Below, piece by piece: positions 36,189 to 45,253 of a stretch of 64,000 bases of DNA; position 1 is the first letter of the stretch; each line of letters opens with the position of its first letter. Origin of the DNA: Eubacteriales bacterium. GTDB lineage: Bacteria > Bacillota > Clostridia > Oscillospirales > CAG-272. A model generated the notes under the pieces. That model had not been told where the DNA came from. It ran no database searches and worked only from the letters and a program-made list of their open reading frames with translations. The position numbers were made by a program, and so were the translations under genes. The stretch covers positions 6,059-70,058 of the forward strand of contig JAZQYP010000016.1 of NCBI GenBank assembly GCA_045633625.1, given 5' to 3'.

Positions 36189-38852
36189 TCAAGACTTCTC
36201 GGGTATTCTTATTGCGGGAGTGCTTACTGCAAAGAGTCTGTTCTCCTCGTATTTAACGTCAAGTCCTGTAACAACGTTATAAATATTCTCGTAGTCAAGG
36301 CTTCCGTCAGCAGCACAAGGAATGGTTATCGCCTCTGTATTCGCTACGCCTGCTATACCTGCAACGTAGAGATATCTTAGGGACTTAAGCTCTCTTATAA
36401 CGTAGTTGGTAACATTGTGAGGCCACTGGTTTGCCATGCTTGCATTTGCATATCCGTTATATCCTGCCGCGGTGTGAGGATAGAAGATAGCGGTAGGCTG
36501 TGCCACCTCATAGATCGCCATATCCGATCCGATATTTCCGTGGTGAGAAAGCTCTACGATATCAGACTCAAGGTAGCTTCCGTACATAGCGCAGAGATAA
36601 CGGCTGGAATAAAGCATTTCGTCGCCGAGAACAAGGAAGGTGTTTGTGACGCCGGGTGCATCCTTGTGAGTGATGTAGCATTTAATTATGGTATTGGTAT
36701 CGTTTGCATTGTCGATAGCTCTGGGGTGATGATCGCTGAAGGTCATAAGAGTCTCAACCTTTACGTTTGCGATATAGAGCTCCTGACCTGCAAATACCTT
36801 ATTGTACGTTATTCCAAAGTCATCGGTAAGAAGGCTGAGATTTTCGTCCGCCCAAATAACGTCAAATGCACCGTTAAGAACGGAGGATTTATCGGGGTAA
36901 TTAGCTATCATACGCTCAACGGTGATAAGCCCGCTGTCAAGATGATTGCGAAGGAGCTTTACGAAGCCGTATATATGGTCCGAGTGAGAGTGTGAAACGT
37001 GCCAAGCGGCAACGCGGATAGGCTCGTCTGTTGTGGGAGCGTGTCCCCAGACCTCCTCGTAAAGAGCATTGAGCGCTCTCCATACGTCATCGGGCGCACT
37101 GTAACTGTCATAACCGCCGTCCATAACGATAAAGCTTCCGTCCTCAAGAGTTATGATATAGCAGTATCCAACGTCTCTTATATCAAGAGCTACCTGAGTT
37201 ATAGAGGTCTCGGTAACCTTAACGTAATCCTGCGGCTCAAAGAGCTCGCTCTCGGGGAGGTATGCGATCTCAATAGGTGTAGATACCACGCGGAGCATAG
37301 GCTCGTAGTCAAGGTAAGGATACTTTTCGGGGTTAATGTGGAGGGAGTCGTCTCTGTTGTGTGCCTCGTCGGCGTGAGCAAAAGCATTGTATGCAACGTA
37401 GAGCATCATCTCGTCATTCGTAAGAGTTACGAACTTCGAGCCCTCTATCTCATTCTCATAATAAACAGTATATCCTGCAGCTATAAGCTCTGCCTTATAC
37501 TGCTCATATGCCTCCTCGGTAACGCCCTCACCAAGATAGAGGTGCTGGAGTGTATCCTGACCAAGGCTGAGCGAGCTTGAGAAGGCAATTCCCTCTCTCT
37601 CGGGAGACGGGAAATCTGTTATCCAATTCTCGTTTGCGGATACTATCTCGGAATATCCAACGGGGATCGCCCAATATTTATTGCCCTCGTCATCGGTATT
37701 TACCGCCATAGACATAAGGTTTCTGAGGCGCTGATAGCCCTTATCAAGTGCAAAATCATTATGCGCGGTGAGGATTATCTCGTTTGAGGTAACAAGAATA
37801 CCATACTCGTCTGCGCCAAGGATAGATCTGAAGGAGTTCTCGGTAACGTTATCCTTAACCGCACCGATAACGATAGAAAATTCTGCATCTGCATCGGCAT
37901 CGCTTCTGCGAACGGTAAAGTCGGTAGTAGCAAGCTTTGAGTAAGCAGAGAAATCAGCGGCAAGGAGGTCTGCCACCTGAACGGGATAAGAACGGCAGAT
38001 ATCGCCAACCGACGAGGTGTATGCGTGGTTCTTATCATCGTCAAGATCCTTGTCATAAACAAAGTCAACGAATGCCTCATTCTGGTCCATTACCATAAGA
38101 ACGTTGCAGTTGTATGCAATAGAGCTTTCGCTGATGCTGATAGAGGTGTTATCAAGCTCTGTTGCGAGGTATTCTGCGATAAATAATCTTACCGCGTATG
38201 CCGTCTGTGCATCATCGGAGCCCACGATAACTATCTTATCATTAATTACGTGAATAGCAAAGCCGCTACCCTCGATGCCCTCGACAGCGGCACGGGACTC
38301 GGGACGGTCTGTCTTACCGATAAGTATCTCCTTGTCGGTAAGCGAGAGATTTGCCTGCTTGTCGCAGGTAAGCTCAAGAGAGGTAAGCTCCTCTATTGCA
38401 TCGCAAAGCTCATATGCCGACGTTACGGTGATATAGCTTCTTGCGATATTGGGGTATACTATCTGATACTCCGAAAGATCAACGTCGATAAGCGTTGTAG
38501 AGGAAAGCACCTCGGGTGCCTGACCAAAGGAGGGAATGACCGCTACCTCTGTTGCAGTACAATGGATACAAGAGCGCTCCTTCAATCCGTCGGAGGAAAT
38601 TCCAGCACTTGTCACAACTCTCCAATCGGAGAATTCGTGTGCATCTGTGGTGGGTATGCTATCTTCTACCTCGGTGCCGCAAACGGTACATACGTATACC
38701 TGCGCTCCCTCGGTCTTGCAGTTTGCCTCTCTTACCGTCTCCTTAAGCACAAGCTCATGCTGCTCACAGGTATCACAGGATACAAGTGCAAACAAAAGCG
38801 CCGCTACTGTAAGAAGAAGCACGGGAAGCATAAATTTCTTTTTCATTTTCAT
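36189..38852 (-). CDS. Secreted lipoprotein with C-terminal metallo-beta-lactamase-fold domain
   Basis: The likely start is MKMKKKF at 38852, after AAGGAAA. The lipobox is LVSC. Cys/His modules follow the signal peptide. The HxHxDH motif AWHVSHSHSDHIYGF lies at rc of about 36975-37010, and ELSHHGN lies further downstream. Confidence 0.8.
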   Translation of the reverse strand: MKMKKKFMLPVLLLTVAALLFALVSCDTCEQHELVLKETVREANCKTEGAQVYVCTVCGTEVEDSIPTTDAHEFSDWRVVTSAGISSDGLKERSCIHCTATEVAVIPSFGQAPEVLSSTTLIDVDLSEYQIVYPNIARSYITVTSAYELCDAIEELTSLELTCDKQANLSLTDKEILIGKTDRPESRAAVEGIEGSGFAIHVINDKIVIVGSDDAQTAYAVRLFIAEYLATELDNTSISISESSIAYNCNVLMVMDQNEAFVDFVYDKDLDDDKNHAYTSSVGDICRSYPVQVADLLAADFSAYSKLATTDFTVRRSDADADAEFSIVIGAVKDNVTENSFRSILGADEYGILVTSNEIILTAHNDFALDKGYQRLRNLMSMAVNTDDEGNKYWAIPVGYSEIVSANENWITDFPSPEREGIAFSSSLSLGQDTLQHLYLGEGVTEEAYEQYKAELIAAGYTVYYENEIEGSKFVTLTNDEMMLYVAYNAFAHADEAHNRDDSLHINPEKYPYLDYEPMLRVVSTPIEIAYLPESELFEPQDYVKVTETSITQVALDIRDVGYCYIITLEDGSFIVMDGGYDSYSAPDDVWRALNALYEEVWGHAPTTDEPIRVAAWHVSHSHSDHIYGFVKLLRNHLDSGLITVERMIANYPDKSSVLNGAFDVIWADENLSLLTDDFGITYNKVFAGQELYIANVKVETLMTFSDHHPRAIDNANDTNTIIKCYITHKDAPGVTNTFLVLGDEMLYSSRYLCAMYGSYLESDIVELSHHGNIGSDMAIYEVAQPTAIFYPHTAAGYNGYANASMANQWPHNVTNYVIRELKSLRYLYVAGIAGVANTEAITIPCAADGSLDYENIYNVVTGLDVKYEENRLFAVSTPAIRIPEKS

Positions 38853-38886
38853 TTTTGTTTTTCCTTTCTTAATGTTGTATGAAAAT

Positions 38887-39864
38887 TTATTTTTCTTTTC
38901 TACGTACACCTAAAATTGTAGCGCTCGCAAGTGCTAAAGCCGCACATATCACCGATGCCGTACAAGACACGGTAGCACCGCAGCCGCCTTCGCTTGCGGG
39001 CTCGGTGAGGGGCTCTGTCTCGCTCTCGCTTACGCTCTCCTCGGTAGCGACCGTTTCGGTCTGCTCCTCGGGCTCACTTTCGGGCTCGGTCTCGGGCAAC
39101 ACTATCTCGGGAAGTGTCGGAAGCTCCTCGCCCTCGTTATCGGGCTTATCATAAAGCTCAAGCACGTTGGGGTAGCCGTATACGGGAAAGCCCTGCGCCA
39201 AATGCGTGGGTGCAAGCTCGTCGCTCTTAAAGCCCCACACAACGGAAACGTTGCCGATATCCTCGCTCGCGGTTATTCTTTGCGCTACGGTTACCAAAAG
39301 CTTATCAAGCTCGTCAACGCCAAACTTTTTCTCGATTATGCTTCTCGGAATAGCCAGCTCGTAATAGGTAAGATCGCCCGTATAGGATGCGGCGTATCCT
39401 GCATAATAATCCTTCCAAAGATCTCTGTTGCTCTCGGTGAGTATCTCGGGCCATCTGTGATAGGGCAGATATATCTGAATGTAGCCGTCCGTTCTTGCCC
39501 CTGCGCTTATCTGCAGATACATAGCATCGTGAAAGCTAACTCTTAAGGGGTCCTTCTGCTCTACTGCGAAATAGATGTTGTCATCATCGGCAGTGACGTA
39601 TACGATAACGTACTCTGCCTCGGTTTTTTCATAGCTGCCGTTTATAAAGAAATTATCATCGCTCTCATCCTCGTCAAGCACAAGCTTAAATGATAGCTCA
39701 TACTCCTCTTCTTCTATGTGACCGTCGATAAACGGTGTCATAGGATAGGTGAGCTTGACCGTTTTCTGTCCGTAATCGCCAAGATCATATGCTCCCGCAG
39801 ATACCGATACCGCGGCGATACACAGAAAAACGGCACAAAGGAAAAGTGTTATTATTTTCTTCAT
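38887..39864 (-). CDS. Secreted single-module CBM9/DOMON-like protein with acidic linker and C-terminal GCG-TM-basic tail
   Basis: This is a 325-aa ORF with signal peptide MKKIITLFLCAVFLCIAAVSVSA. The module is paralogous to the fourth module of 31470..36164 (shared QGFPVYGYP, DELDKLLV, DDDNIYFAVEQKDP). The tail is GGCGATVSCTASVICAALALASATILGVRRKEK. Confidence 0.8.
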   Translation of the reverse strand: MKKIITLFLCAVFLCIAAVSVSAGAYDLGDYGQKTVKLTYPMTPFIDGHIEEEEYELSFKLVLDEDESDDNFFINGSYEKTEAEYVIVYVTADDDNIYFAVEQKDPLRVSFHDAMYLQISAGARTDGYIQIYLPYHRWPEILTESNRDLWKDYYAGYAASYTGDLTYYELAIPRSIIEKKFGVDELDKLLVTVAQRITASEDIGNVSVVWGFKSDELAPTHLAQGFPVYGYPNVLELYDKPDNEGEELPTLPEIVLPETEPESEPEEQTETVATEESVSESETEPLTEPASEGGCGATVSCTASVICAALALASATILGVRRKEK

Positions 39865-40181
39865 TTTTTCCTCCCGATCAAGATATTTTTACATTATTAA
39901 GTACGTCCATTATGGTACGGTAATTTTATCATAAACAAAGACAAAATTTCAAGTGGTATTTTAGCCAATCTTTCGGGTGTGGATTTATACACTTTGTTCC
40001 AATCACCATCCACACCCCAAAACACAAAATCAAATTGCAAACCCTTTTATTTACAGGATTTAAGAAAAATTCCCGATGTTGTGTTTGCTGAAAATAAATG
40101 TGGAAAGTCCAAATTTCGAAGAGAAATTTTATTGACTTGCACAAAAAAACGTGATATAATACAAAAAAGTGAGGTGACATT

Positions 40182-40958
40182 ATGACAGCAAACGAAAGAC
40201 GCGAAAAAATATACGAGATACTCCAAAGAGACGGAGCCGTATCCACGGTAGACCTTTTTCAGACCTTTGACGTGTCGGGTGAGACTCTGCGCCGCGACCT
40301 TGTTGCTATGGAAGAGCAAGGCAAGCTTATCCGTGTTCACGGCGGTGCTATTATGCGCGGAGAGATAATGCCATACACTCCCCTTCAGGTGAGAAACACA
40401 GAACGCGTAAGAGAGAAAAAGGAGATCGCAAAAAAAATTGTCGAGTTTATTAGTGAAGGAGATATAATTTCACTCGATGCGGGAAGCACGTCATTATATA
40501 TTGCAGAGGCGATAAGAGATAATTTTGAAAAACTCACGGTTGTGACCTACTCTCTTGACGTTTTTAATATCCTGTGCGATAAAAACGGATTCGAAATGCT
40601 ACTCTGCGGCGGAAATTACGTTTCTGCATATCATATTTTTCTCGGTGATTTCACCGAAAAAATGCTCGATGCTCTCCACGTTCAGAAATCCTTTGTATTC
40701 CCCTCTGCCATATCTCTCGAAACCGGAATTTGCGAATATCATAGCGACACGTACACTCACCAGAGAAGAATGCTCTGTTTTGCCGATGAGACGTACGTGG
40801 TGGGCGATAGCTCGAAATTTGAGAAAAAAGCGCTTTATAAGGTGGACGATATGCGAAATGAGTATACCTACGTCACCGATAGCTCCCTCCCCGAGAGCCT
40901 GCGAAAAATATACGCGGCAAACGAAAAAAGAGTCATCGTAGCCGAGCCGATAGAATAA
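40182..40958 (+). CDS. DeoR/GlpR family transcriptional regulator
   Basis: The N-terminal DeoR HTH reads RREKIYEILQRDGAVSTVDLFQTFDVSGETLRRDLVAMEEQGKLIRVHGGA. A C-terminal sugar-phosphate-binding domain follows. Confidence 0.9.
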   Translation: MTANERREKIYEILQRDGAVSTVDLFQTFDVSGETLRRDLVAMEEQGKLIRVHGGAIMRGEIMPYTPLQVRNTERVREKKEIAKKIVEFISEGDIISLDAGSTSLYIAEAIRDNFEKLTVVTYSLDVFNILCDKNGFEMLLCGGNYVSAYHIFLGDFTEKMLDALHVQKSFVFPSAISLETGICEYHSDTYTHQRRMLCFADETYVVGDSSKFEKKALYKVDDMRNEYTYVTDSSLPESLRKIYAANEKRVIVAEPIE

Positions 40959-40989
40959 AAAAAGTGCCTGAAATTCAGGCACTTTTTTA
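40958..40989 (+). terminator. Rho-independent terminator
   Basis: The stem gtgcctga / tcaggcac is flanked by an A-run on the left and tttttt on the right. Confidence 0.75.
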
Positions 40990-40996
40990 TTTGCAT

Positions 40997-41220
40997 ACAA
41001 ATTGGGATTTATGGGGTATTGTGTAAGGGGATAAACGAGCGATTTCCGCAAACACTGTAGGGGCGCGCACTGCGCGTCCGCTCGTGCTTCTTTGGTATTC
41101 GTTGCGGACGGCCACATATTGCTTCGCAAAGGCTACGAACTTCGTTCGTGTGGCAGCCCCTACAATCAAAAATAATGTCTTACTCTCTACAAACACATCG
41201 ATAAATCAAAATTTGAAATC
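40997..41220 (+). repeat. Structured intergenic repeat, copy 1 (MITE/REP-like, 224 bp, expanded 3' sub-hairpin)
   Basis: It aligns by eye with 45047-45235 and 55575-55763. Shared blocks are AAATTGGGATTT, GGGATAAACGA.CGATTTC..CAAACACTGTAGGGGCG, GCGGACG, CCCCTACAAT and AAATCAAAATTTGAAA. It sits between the DeoR-family terminator and the pflA stop. Confidence 0.85.
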
Positions 41221-41223
41221 GGG

Positions 41224-41916
41224 TTATTTTATTTTCTCAATATCCTCGTCACGTGTCTCGTCGATGTGGGCGAGCGGGAAGTCTATGCCGAGGTTTTCGT
41301 ATTTGGGTAGGCAGAGCTTGCGGAATTTAAGCAGCTCGACCTTTTTTACACACGAATGAGCATCTCTGACGGCATAAAGGCGCTCAATGCTCTCTCGCGT
41401 GTCGTTTATTCCCTTCACTATTACCTGACGAAGCCACGTGTCGATTTTTCTCCTCTGCAATTCGTCAAGAAATGCGTCAACGCTTGCCTTTTTGCACCTT
41501 GTGTATCTTTCGTAATCTGCGTCGTTCGTCATCTTGTAGTCAAGCAGACAAAGGTCTGTGACGTCAAGCAGCTTTTCGACCGAGGCATTCCAAATACAGC
41601 CCGATGTGTCAAGTGCCGTGTGTATCCCCGCTTCCCCGCAAAGTGTGAAAAGCTCACGCACAAAGTCGGCTTGCATAAGGGGCTCGCCGCCCGAAACGGT
41701 GACACCGCCGTCTTTGCCGAAATACTCGCGGTAGCGGAGGATTTTATCAAAAATCTCGCGTGGCTCGTACTCATCACCGCCACTTACGTCCCACGTGTCG
41801 GGATTATGACAGTAGGCGCATCTGAGGGGGCAACCTTGCATAAATACCACAAAACGAACGCCGGGACCGTCAACGGTCCCAAGCGTTTGTATTGAATTTA
41901 TCCTTCCCTTCATCAA
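41224..41916 (-). CDS. pflA: Pyruvate formate-lyase activating enzyme (radical SAM)
   Basis: The radical-SAM cluster motif is [15 protein letters not shown]. The ORF is 230 aa and overlaps the pflB stop. Confidence 0.95.
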   Translation of the reverse strand: MMKGRINSIQTLGTVDGPGVRFVVFMQGCPLRCAYCHNPDTWDVSGGDEYEPREIFDKILRYREYFGKDGGVTVSGGEPLMQADFVRELFTLCGEAGIHTALDTSGCIWNASVEKLLDVTDLCLLDYKMTNDADYERYTRCKKASVDAFLDELQRRKIDTWLRQVIVKGINDTRESIERLYAVRDAHSCVKKVELLKFRKLCLPKYENLGIDFPLAHIDETRDEDIEKIK

Positions 41917-44144
41917 AGCACCTCGTGGAAGGTACGGCTGATGACCTCTTTTTGCTGTTCCTTCGAGAGCTTATGGAAGTTTACGGCATATCCCGAAACA
42001 CGGATGGTGAGGTTCGGGTACTTTGTGGGGTCCTCATATGCCTCGATAAGCTTTTCTTTGCTCAGCACGTTTACGTTTATGTGATGCGCATGCTTCTTGA
42101 AGTATCCGTCAAGTATATTCACAAGATTCACAACCTGTGTGTCCTCGTCAGCACCAAGTGCCGAGGGAACTATCGAAAAGGTATTCGAAATTCCGTCACG
42201 GCAGGCGTCATAAGGCATCTTTGCCACCGAATTGAGAGAGGCAAGCGCACCGCATCTCTCACGGTTGTGCATGGGATTAGCACCGGGGGCGAAGGGCTCG
42301 TGAGCGCCACGTCCGTCGGGTGTCGCACCCGTCTTTTTACCGTATACCACGTTCGACGTGATGGTAAGCGCCGAGAGGGTATGTATCGCATTCTTGTAAG
42401 TAGGAGTCTTGCGAAGCTCGGCTATTACGTCCTCAAGTATCTTCTTGCCTATATTATCAACTCTGTCGTCATCGTTTCCGTACGTGGGGAAATCTCCCGT
42501 AGTCTCAAAATCAACAATATAGCCGTTATCGTCACGAATGGGTCTGACGCTTGCATACTTCACCGCGCTCATAGAGTCGGTGATGACCGAAAGTCCCGCC
42601 ACACCAAACGCCATAAGATGCTCGACGTCGGTATCGTGAAGAGCCATTTGTATCTTCTCGTACGCATACTTATCGTGCATATAGTGGATGACGTTCATGG
42701 TGTTAACGTAAAGACGGCAGAGCCACTCAAGATAGATATGGAATCTTGCCGAAACTGCCTCATAGTCAAGCTTGTCAGCTCCGTACGGCTCTATCTGCGG
42801 ACCTATGTGCACGCCCGAAACGGTATCATATCCACCGTTGAGAGCGAGCAAAAAGAGCTTCGGCAGATTACAGCGCGCGCCGAAGAACTGCATCTGCTTG
42901 CCTATCTTCATAGCCGACACACAGCAGGCAATTCCGTAATCGTCGCCGTAATTTACACGCATAAGGTCATCGTTCTCGTACTGTATCGAATCGGTGTCAA
43001 TAGAGACCTTTGCGCAGAATTTCTTAAAGCCCTCAGGAAGATGCTCCGACCAGAGAATCGTGAGATTCGGCTCGGGAGCGGGTCCGAGGTTATAGAGCGT
43101 GTTGAGAATTCTGAAGGACGATTTTGTAACGAGCGTCTTGCCCGACACGCCCATACCGCCAACGCTCTCGGTTATCCACATGGGGTCTCCGCCGAAGAGC
43201 TCGTTATATTCGGGTGTGCGAAGGTGACGCGCCATACGGAGCTTCATAACGAAGTCGTCGATAAGCTCCTGCGCGCCCGACTCGTCGAGTCTGCCAGCCG
43301 CAATATCACGCTCAATGTAAATATCAAAGAAAGAAGCAACTCTACCGAGCGACATAGCCGCACCGTTCTGCTCCTTGATTGCCGCAAGGTAACCGAAATA
43401 CGTCCACTGGATAGCCTCACGCGCATTTCTTGCGGGCTTTGAGATGTCGTATCCGTAGATCTCAGCCATCTCCTTGGTCTTCTTAAGGAAGGCTATCTGC
43501 TGATAAAGCTCCTCAAGGAGTCTTATATTATCGGCGCTCATAAGATTCTCGCCCGTCTTTTTCTTGTCCTCTTCCTTCTTCTCGATAAGAAAATCTATTC
43601 CGTAGAGGGCAACGCGGCGGTAGTCACCGATTATTCTTCCGCGACCGTATGCGTCGGGAAGTCCTGTCATAACTCCGATATGACGAGCCTTTTTCATCTC
43701 GTCGGTATAAACTCTGAAAACTCCGTCGTTATGCGTAGTGCGATACTTGAACTCGTTCTCGATCTCCTCGGAGAGTGCATATCCGTATGCTCCGCACGCC
43801 GCGCGCGCCATACGGATGCCGCCAAAGGGGTGTATACCGCGGCGAAGGGGTGCATCGGTCTGAAGACCCACGATAAGCTCGTTTTCTTTGTCAAGATAGC
43901 CCGCCGCATAGTTTGTAAGAGAGGAAGCTGTGACGGTGTCAATATCAAGCAGACCGCCATTCTCTCTCTCCTTGGCAAAAAGCTCCTCAAGCTTTGCCAT
44001 AAGCGCGCTTGTGCGCTCGGTGGGGCCTGCAAGGAAGTCCGCTTCTCCCTCGTATGCTGTGTAGTTATCCTGAATGAACTGTCTTACGTTCACCTCGTTC
44101 TGCCACACGTCCCCAAGAAAACCATTCCACATTTCAAATTTCAT
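41913..44144 (-). CDS. pflB: Formate C-acetyltransferase (pyruvate formate-lyase)
   Basis: The glycyl-radical motif RVSGYAVNF lies near the C-terminus and the active-site region contains GIACCVS. The length is about 743 aa. I prefer the ATG at 44144 (MKFEMWNGF), which follows GGAGG. Confidence 0.97.
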   Translation of the reverse strand: MKFEMWNGFLGDVWQNEVNVRQFIQDNYTAYEGEADFLAGPTERTSALMAKLEELFAKERENGGLLDIDTVTASSLTNYAAGYLDKENELIVGLQTDAPLRRGIHPFGGIRMARAACGAYGYALSEEIENEFKYRTTHNDGVFRVYTDEMKKARHIGVMTGLPDAYGRGRIIGDYRRVALYGIDFLIEKKEEDKKKTGENLMSADNIRLLEELYQQIAFLKKTKEMAEIYGYDISKPARNAREAIQWTYFGYLAAIKEQNGAAMSLGRVASFFDIYIERDIAAGRLDESGAQELIDDFVMKLRMARHLRTPEYNELFGGDPMWITESVGGMGVSGKTLVTKSSFRILNTLYNLGPAPEPNLTILWSEHLPEGFKKFCAKVSIDTDSIQYENDDLMRVNYGDDYGIACCVSAMKIGKQMQFFGARCNLPKLFLLALNGGYDTVSGVHIGPQIEPYGADKLDYEAVSARFHIYLEWLCRLYVNTMNVIHYMHDKYAYEKIQMALHDTDVEHLMAFGVAGLSVITDSMSAVKYASVRPIRDDNGYIVDFETTGDFPTYGNDDDRVDNIGKKILEDVIAELRKTPTYKNAIHTLSALTITSNVVYGKKTGATPDGRGAHEPFAPGANPMHNRERCGALASLNSVAKMPYDACRDGISNTFSIVPSALGADEDTQVVNLVNILDGYFKKHAHHINVNVLSKEKLIEAYEDPTKYPNLTIRVSGYAVNFHKLSKEQQKEVISRTFHEVL

Positions 44145-44277
44145 AGAATTATCCTCCATTTTCCAGTCCGCCCAGACGGTCGACGTGTGACTTATTTACT
44201 ACACGGTGTTAATTCACCTGTCCGTCAGTAGTTTATAATTTATTATACTATATTCCTACAAAAAAGTCAATCGGGGA

Positions 44278-44312
44278 CAAAAAAATATCCCGACGGATTT
44301 TCCCGTCGGGAT
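44278..44312 (-). terminator. Rho-independent terminator of 44318..44941
   Basis: The stem atcccgacgg / ccgtcgggat has a 6-nt loop and is followed on the minus strand by a T-run (+ strand A-run at 44278-44285). Confidence 0.7.
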
Positions 44313-44317
44313 AAGCA

Positions 44318-44941
44318 TTATTTTTCGTCCTTGTTAAGACTTATTACCTTCTTTTGCCAAGACTTTTTGTGGCACTCGGGGCATTCCATATATCTTGTTC
44401 TGCCCATGTGCATTGCCATAAAAACGCTGCTGTATTTCGGCACGTATCTATGGCCACACTCGGCGCACTCATAATAGCCTGCAGTCTGCTCTATTTTTAT
44501 CAGAAACGGCATTGCTACGAGCAGGGGAACAAGTCCCACAAGAATGAGCACGATCCTCAGCCAATCCGCTATTTTAGCATAGGCTGCAACAGCACATAAT
44601 GCGAGCATTACACCTATGCACACAAAGCCCGTTACAAGCTCTACGGCAAGAAGTCTTTTGTCTGCCTGCTCCTTTGCTTTTACCATTTCAAGTAAATTTT
44701 TTTCAAGCTCCTTGTTGTAATTTTCCATTTCAATTTTCTCCCCACATAATAATTCGTTTACGCTGATAGAAAGCAGGTCACAAAGCTCGAGCATTATAGA
44801 CGAGTCGGGTAATGCCCTGCCCGTTTCCCATTTAGAAATCGCTCTGTCGGTGATACCTAACTTCTCGGCAAGAGTAGCTTGTGTAAAGCCCTTTGCCTTT
44901 CTTCTCTCGGCAATAAATCTGCCGATCTTTATCTGATCCAT
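44318..44941 (-). CDS. Membrane-tethered XRE-family regulator with C-terminal zinc ribbon
   Basis: The HTH reads IAERRKAKGFTQATLAEKLGITDRAISKWETGRALP. A coiled segment and two TM helices follow. The C-terminus is CAECGHRYVP...CPECHKKSW. Confidence 0.8.
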   Translation of the reverse strand: MDQIKIGRFIAERRKAKGFTQATLAEKLGITDRAISKWETGRALPDSSIMLELCDLLSISVNELLCGEKIEMENYNKELEKNLLEMVKAKEQADKRLLAVELVTGFVCIGVMLALCAVAAYAKIADWLRIVLILVGLVPLLVAMPFLIKIEQTAGYYECAECGHRYVPKYSSVFMAMHMGRTRYMECPECHKKSWQKKVISLNKDEK

Positions 44942-45046
44942 ATTTTCTGCCTCCTTTCGTTATCAGTATATCTTGCGGAGTCAAAAAACACAACATACCG
45001 GTGGTTGAGTTGGGGATTTTCAACCGATTTTAGAGTGTTTTACAAG

Positions 45047-45235
45047 GTAAATTGGGATTTGGCGGGTTATTGTGTAGGAGGATAAACGAACGATTTCTAC
45101 AAACACTGTAGGGGCGGCCATTGGCCGTCCGTTCGGAATTTTTCGTCGTTTATTGCGGACGCGCAGTGCGCGCCCCTACAATCATAAATGATGTTTTGCT
45201 CTCTATAAACAGACCGACAAATCAAAATTTGAAAG
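45047..45235 (+). repeat. Structured intergenic repeat, copy 2 (189 bp, sub-hairpins swapped)
   Basis: It has the same flanks and orientation as copies 1 and 3. The core reads GTAGGGGCG-GCCATTGGCC-GTCCG...GCGGACG-CGCAGTGCGCG-CCCCTAC. Confidence 0.85.
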
Positions 45236-45253
45236 CATAAAATAAAATATATT

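Noticed and set aside
31452-36282. Multiple + strand ORFs (31452..32279, 32361..33638, 33891..34769, 34776..35549 and others)
   Set aside because: They are antisense to the 1564-aa surface-protein gene and lack credible starts or a protein-like composition.
40987-41196. Small ORFs across the repeat copies (40987..41196, 45097..45450 in part, 55421..55693, 55443..55745), with peptides such as GRAVRAPTVF and VGAAIGRPQ
   Set aside because: They exist only because the GC-rich palindromic repeat lacks stops. The frames differ between copies and there is no SD. The conserved unit is the nucleotide structure, not a reading frame.
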